Positions 58,100 through 64,000 of a DNA stretch of 64,000 bases are shown in pieces. Each line of letters begins with the position of its first letter. The stretch's first letter is position 1. The position numbers and the translations under genes were made by a program. The notes beneath the pieces are model-generated. The model was not told the origin of the DNA and searched no databases. It saw nothing but the letters and a program-made list of their open reading frames with translations. The stretch comes from Octopus vulgaris. Taxonomy: Eukaryota. The stretch lies in assembly GCA_951406725.2 (NCBI GenBank), contig OX597830.1:5642001-5706000 (forward strand), given 5' to 3'.

Positions 58100-58103
<4 letters not shown>

Positions 58104-58258
58104 CATTTTGGGATTCGGTTTGCAAGATTCTTTATGTGAGTTCGTGTGTTGAAGTATATTCTCTTGTGTCTGTGGTGCCTTATAATTTAACACAATCACC
58201 GGCAAAATTTCCACTCATTTAAAAAAATTTTCGTTGCTTCTTGCAATCTTTTCAATAT
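58100..58258 (-). mobile_element. Family P2 short element with U3-A8 HHR-like motif (58222-58258)
   Basis: Homologous to 14258-14450; flanked by (TG)n and (TA)n. Confidence 0.65.
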
Positions 58259-58278
58259 ATATATACATACATACATAC

Positions 58279-58314
<36 letters not shown>

Positions 58315-58319
58315 GTATG

Positions 58320-58397
<78 letters not shown>

Positions 58398-59357
58398 CAT
58401 ATATATATATTTCTGTTTATATATGTATATGCATACACCCGCTCATGCATATACATATATATGAGACACAAATAGCAAATGATATAGAAACATGGTTCAA
58501 AAGAGCGAGAGAGGATGGAGAGAAAGAGATGGAGAGAGAAAAAGAATGAAAGGCAGAGAGAGTTAGTTAGAAGGTGGTTAGTTAGAATGCAATTGTAAGA
58601 GTGAGAAAATGTTTGTCAAAGTTAAAAGAAGAAAATTGTAGGCAGCTGTTATCGGATTTTCTGTGTTAATAGTGTTTTTATGGTGTTGCTTAACTAAAAT
58701 GAAGATATTCAATTAGTTAGGAACGGAGGGAGAAGAAATTCGGTGAAGCCGAGTCAAAATTAATGTATTAGAGGGAGACAAAAGAAAGGAGCAGTAGGGG
58801 AGATATAAAAAGACAAAATGAAGAATAGAATGGAAAAGAGAAGTTATATCGAACATCGACAATAACAGATTCATCAGAATGTAATGTTTTGTAAGCATTC
58901 ATTTAAATAAAAATGGCTTCCACTTAACACTTGCAAATTCGTTGCACACACACACAAAACACACACACACACACACACATACACACACACATACACACAC
59001 ACACACCTGCGTATGTTCTTTCTGAGTGCTTTATTTCATACATAATTAATTTTTCATCTTTTTTCTTTTATATCTTCACTTGTTTCAGTCATTAGACTGC
59101 GGCCATGCTGGAGCACCGCCTTGAAGTTTTAGCCGAATGAAGGAATTGAACCCGGTACTTCTTTTTTTAAACAAGGAAGTTATTCTATCTTTTACCGAAC
59201 TGCTGTGTTACGGGAAGGCAAACCCTCCAACACCAGCTGCCAAGCGTTGGGGTTCACAAACACAGACATAAAGAGGCACACACACACACACACACACACA
59301 TTCGATGGTCTTCCACACCGCTTCCCTCTATCATACATACATACAAACATACAGACA

Positions 59358-59835
59358 GGGATCAGTAAAAAAGAGAATATCTACACTGAACTATTGAGAA
59401 ATCTGCAGTTACTCTATCCAGATTACAATTTCAGGCTTATATCTGTAATTATTGGGGCCCTGGGATATGTAACACTGCTTAAATACCAATCTTGAGAAAT
59501 TCGGATTCTCAAAACCAGAAAGGAGAAACCTAATTCGAAGACTACAGATCCAATCAATCCCTGGAGCTGTAAAACTTTCCAGACGTTTATATCATATAAA
59601 TGTATTTGAGCATGTCTAGATATGCAACTATATGCATCAGAATACATACATAAAGCAAAACATACAAATCTGCACACGTACATACATACACATACATACA
59701 TACATACATACATACATACAGACAAAAATACCCTGTTGTTGATGTTGGAATTCCAATGAAGAAGCCTTGGATCTGGGTTAGAAACCGGTTCTTTCTCTAT
59801 TGGCAAAAAATCTTGAAATAAAACTGAACAATACA
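59358..59835 (+). mobile_element. REL-encoding LINE 3' end associated with (TACA)n
   Basis: KKENIYTELLRNLQLLYPDYNFRLISVIIGALGYV then NLEKFGFSKPERRNLIRRLQIQSI. UTR with internal TACA repeats; TACA flanks. Confidence 0.8.
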
Positions 59836-59886
59836 TACATAAATACAAACATATATACATACACAGAAACATGAATACGGATAATG

Positions 59887-59962
<76 letters not shown>

Positions 59963-60113
59963 TAAAAGTAGAAAGATATATTTTTTTCAACGGGTAAAAT
60001 ACTGATATAACAGTGTATATGGGATAATATCCCTTACAGAGCATAAAAATCTGTCAGTAACCAGTCATATATATATACATGCATACATATATATATACAT
60101 ATGTATATATATA

Positions 60114-60175
<62 letters not shown>

Positions 60176-60273
60176 ACTGAAGATCGAAGGCTTCGAATGT
60201 CCCGTCCGTTTTTTTTGTATCGTCATCTAAATGTTTTGCGTTCTTGTCCCAGTTTGTGTTTTTTTACATTTAT

Positions 60274-60331
<58 letters not shown>

Positions 60332-60399
60332 CTCCTCTTCCCCCCAGCAAGGAAATGCCTCATGGGCATTGTGCCTTCGCCCACTGACAAAGCTGTAAC

Positions 60400-60720
60400 T
60401 GTACAGAGACACGAGCAGACGACATAGTCGCGCACGGAAGGTTTGAGCGTAGAACGGAGGGCGATGAAATTAACGATTATAAACTGTTTCGTAGAAGCAT
60501 GTCTACTGCTTTTATTGACGAACTGGTTGACTGTGCTGTGCTTCTTATCCGGAGGACAACAGCTGTTTGAAGTTGAAACGATAATACAAGACCAATATCC
60601 TGACAAAGAGGCACCACACTGATCTGGCATTGGAATCTATGATGAACGACGCCAATCAATAGTTTCTCTCGGTTGCAGATGACGTTCACTGCTGATGTAA
60701 GTCTACAACGAGCCGAGCAT
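60400..60720 (+). pseudogene. Possible highly decayed non-LTR reverse transcriptase fragment
   Basis: Frameshifted SVERRAM, FEVETIIQ, ALESMM and SVADDV occur in the order of RT motifs leading to YADD. Confidence 0.35.
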
Positions 60721-60796
60721 TTCCGGTTGTAATCAAACAACTTCTCTCCTCAGCTCTAATGACCCCATCAAATAGAAATACCGCAATAGTTTATAA

Positions 60797-61348
60797 TCTT
60801 CTTCTTCTTCTTCTTCTTCTTCTTCTTCTTCTTCTTCTTCTTCTTCTCCTTCTTCTTCTTCTTTTTCTACTTCTTCTCCTTCTTCTTCTTCTTCTTCTTC
60901 TTCTTCTTCTTCTCGTCCTCTTTCTTCTCCTTCTTCTTCACCTCCTCCTCCACACTTCCTCCTACACACCTCCTCCTCCTTCTCCTCCTTTTCCTTCTCC
61001 TCCTCCTCCTTTTTTCTTGTCATCCTCCTTCTTTTCCTTTTCTTCATCTTCTTCTTGTCTTCTTCCTCCTTCTCCTCCTCCTTCTTCCTCCTTCTCCTCC
61101 TCCTTCTCCCCATCTCCTCCCCCTTCTCCTCCTCCTCCTCCTTCTCTTCCTCCTCCTCCTTCCTCTTCTCCTCCTCCTCCTCCTCCTCCTCCTCCTCCTT
61201 TATTTTTGTCGTCCTCTTTCTTTTTCTCTTCTTCAGCTTCTTGTCTTCCTCCCCTCTCCCCTTTCTTGTCTTCTTTCTCTTTCTCCTCCTCCTCCTCCTC
61301 CTTCTTCTTCTCCACCTCCTCCTCCTATCCCTTTCCCCTTCTTCTTTT
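60797..61348. repeat. (CTT)n/(CCT)n polypyrimidine tract, about 550 bp
   Basis: Directly visible, with an internal ~70-bp duplication (about 61000 and 61190). Confidence 0.97.
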
Positions 61349-61838
61349 ATGAAGATTCGTCTTGCTAGAAATAGCAGTCAAATATTTCAAATGAAACGCA
61401 ACTGCCTAAATCTTAAAACCAAGGCTGTGGAGTAGGTAACCCTAGTTGTACACCAAAACCACGATCTCTGTCGTCACTGGAAGTATAATGTTCACCATTG
61501 GTTGCTGCCCTTGAGATGCCTTCTTCACCACAGAGATACGTTTAGAAAAAGGCATTGATTGGTATTGAAAACTGCAATTAATCACATCATATTCAAGTTA
61601 TAAATATGTGGGATTTATGATTTTGAATATTATCATCATTAGTAATTTGATGTGATTTATATCGATAATGTTATTCAAAGAAAAATTAACTTTAATAGTA
61701 ACAATTTCCTCCACTTCCAAGAAATAAGTACATCTATTCAGCGCAAGGTATAATTATAGCGAAATAAAACATAGTGTAAAATATTTATTGCACTTAGCAC
61801 AGCAACACAGTACGTTTATGTCACCAGTAATAACGATC

Positions 61839-61871
<33 letters not shown>

Positions 61872-62879
61872 GTAATAATAATAATAATAATAATAATGAT
61901 AATAATACTACTACTACTACTAATAATAATAATAGTAGTAGTAATAATAATTATAACAACAATAATAATAATAACAACAACAACAACAATAATAATAATA
62001 ATAATAATAACAACAGCAATAATAATAATAATAATAATAACAACAACAACAACAACAATAATAATAATAATAATAATTACAACAACAACAACAACAACAA
62101 TAATAATAATAATAATAATAAAACAGTGAAGACTTATAGGATAATATTTGTATCATATTTATAGTATGGTAGTTATCTTTTTCATAGGTTTGATACGATC
62201 GTTCTTTCACCTACATTCCTAACAGTAATATTCAGCTCAGAGTTATAGATACACTAGAATTTATTTAGAGTTATAGAATAGTCATCATTTTACATAGTGT
62301 TATATAGTATAGTAGTTTTACAATAATATCTTCTTTTATTTTCGTTTATTTGTTTCAGTTATCGTGCTGCGGCTGTGCTGGAGCACCGCCTTGTTAGGAT
62401 TTTAGACTAACAAAATCGCCCTCAGGAGTTTTTTTTTTCTCGTTTTTTAAAACCTACTACTTATTCTGTTGATCTCTTTCGCTGAAGTGCTCGAGTACAG
62501 GGATGTAAACAAACCAACACCGATTGTCAACGTCTTGATGGTGATAGTGGTGGTGGTGGCATAGCGAGTGAGATGAGGGATAGAGAGGGAGTGTGAGAGA
62601 AAGAAAAAGAGTGAGAGAGAGAGAACGAGACAATGAGTGGTGAGTGAAAGGAAAGTGGCGGTCATCTTATGTTTTTAAATGTTTTTCCGTATTTTCAGCG
62701 TAGACAGATGCATAACCACAGCAAATATTGGCTGTTACTTTTTCAACTTCTACACTAGGACTAAATTTTCATTCTTTGTATTTCGCAGAATTTCCCAGGG
62801 TCCTGCTTATACAGAATTATTTGATAGTTATTAAATCAAGTCGTTATTTACAGATGACTACATTTTTAATATTTTCCGT

Positions 62880-63445
62880 GAGTTACGTTCTGAGTTCAAA
62901 TTCCGTCGAGGTCGGCTTTGTCTTTCATCCGTTCGTGGTAGATTAAATAAGTACCAATTAATCACTGGCGCGATGTAATCGACTTAATCCCCTTGTCTGT
63001 CCTTATTTGTCCCCTCTATGTTTAGCCCTCTGTGGGCAATAAGGAAATAAATAATTATTATCGTTATTGTAAAGGCGGTGAACTGGCAGAATCTTTAGCA
63101 CGCCGGGCGAAATGCTTAGCGTTATTTCATCTGCAGCTACGTTCTGAGTTCAAATACCGCCGTGGTCGACTTTGTCTTTCATTCTTTCGGGGTCGATAAA
63201 TTAAGTACCAGTTACGCACTGGGGTCGATGTAATCGACTTAATCCGTTTGTCTGTCCTTGTTTGTCCCCTCTGTGTTTAGCCCCTTCTGGGTAGTAAAGA
63301 AATAGGTATTTCAAATTCCGCCGAGGTAGACTTTGCTTTTCATACTTTCGGGGTTGATAAATTAAGTACCAGTGTCACGCTAGGGTCGATGGGATCGACT
63401 ATCCCCTCCCACCAAATCTCAGGACTTGTGTCTTTAATAGAAAGG

Positions 63446-63528
<83 letters not shown>

Positions 63529-63742
63529 GGTGCTAGCTGGAAGGATCGTTAATACACCGGGCAAGATGCTTAGTGGTATTTCGCCAGTCGCTAAGTTCTG
63601 AGTTCAAATTCCGCCTAGTTCGTCTTTGGCTTTCCTCTTTTCGGGGTCGATAAATTAAGTACCAGTGAAACCCTGGAGTCCATGCCATCGATTTGTCCCC
63701 TCCCACAAAATGGCTGCCCTTGTGGCCAAATTTGGAAACGAT
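62880..63742 (+). mobile_element. Tandem cluster of family B SINEs (62880-63050, 63073-63445, 63528-63742)
   Basis: Four B-box-like (G/T)TTCAAAT(T/A)CC..CTTTC..GGGGTCGAT cores in the same orientation. Confidence 0.9.
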
Positions 63743-64000
63743 TATTATTATCATAATCTTTATTTCAGCTACGAGTGTTGCATAGTGCTCATTTGACATA
63801 GAATTATCGTGGCACTCCGTCGATTACGACGACGATGCTTCGGGTTGATCCGATCAACAAAACAGCCTGCTTGAGAAATTAACGTGCAAGTGGCTGAGCA
63901 CTCCAAAGACTCGTGTTCCTTTAACGTAGTTCTCAGGCAGATTCAGCGTGACACAGTGTGACAGGACTTGCCCTTTGAAATAGATGTATAACAGAAACAA

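Noticed and set aside
62880-63742. Regularly recurring ~30-bp motifs that superficially resemble a CRISPR array
   Set aside because: They are tandem SINE cores in eukaryotic DNA, with no unique spacers or cas genes.

Overview
This is AT-rich, repeat-dominated eukaryotic DNA, intronic or intergenic. Three dense tRNA-derived SINE families and huge (TA)n/(TAA)n/(TACA)n microsatellites suggest a coleoid cephalopod, probably Octopus; this is an inference from recalled repeat families, not a database match. I found no host protein-coding gene with confidence, and most ORFs in the track are microsatellite translations. Supported content: R4/Dong-like LINE fragments with a restriction-like endonuclease (REL), sitting in TAA repeats; RTE and Tx1/L1 fragments; a Penelope-like element (PLE) 3' end with a GIY-YIG C-terminus; decayed maT-like and mariner transposases; hAT, Tigger-like and piggyBac-like MITEs; two non-autonomous Helitrons; two long palindromes; and weak minus-strand exon candidates. 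The most striking signal is about a dozen minimal type I hammerhead-ribozyme (HHR)-like motifs carried by several unrelated short, microsatellite-embedded elements. They include a U3-A8 compensated core in three independent families, a fixed A6U core with free position 7, a copy with a ~100-nt stem II, and an HHR-like fold in the 3' UTR of a REL LINE. All alignments and folds were read by eye. Boundaries are approximate unless termini are quoted, and ribozyme activity is untested.
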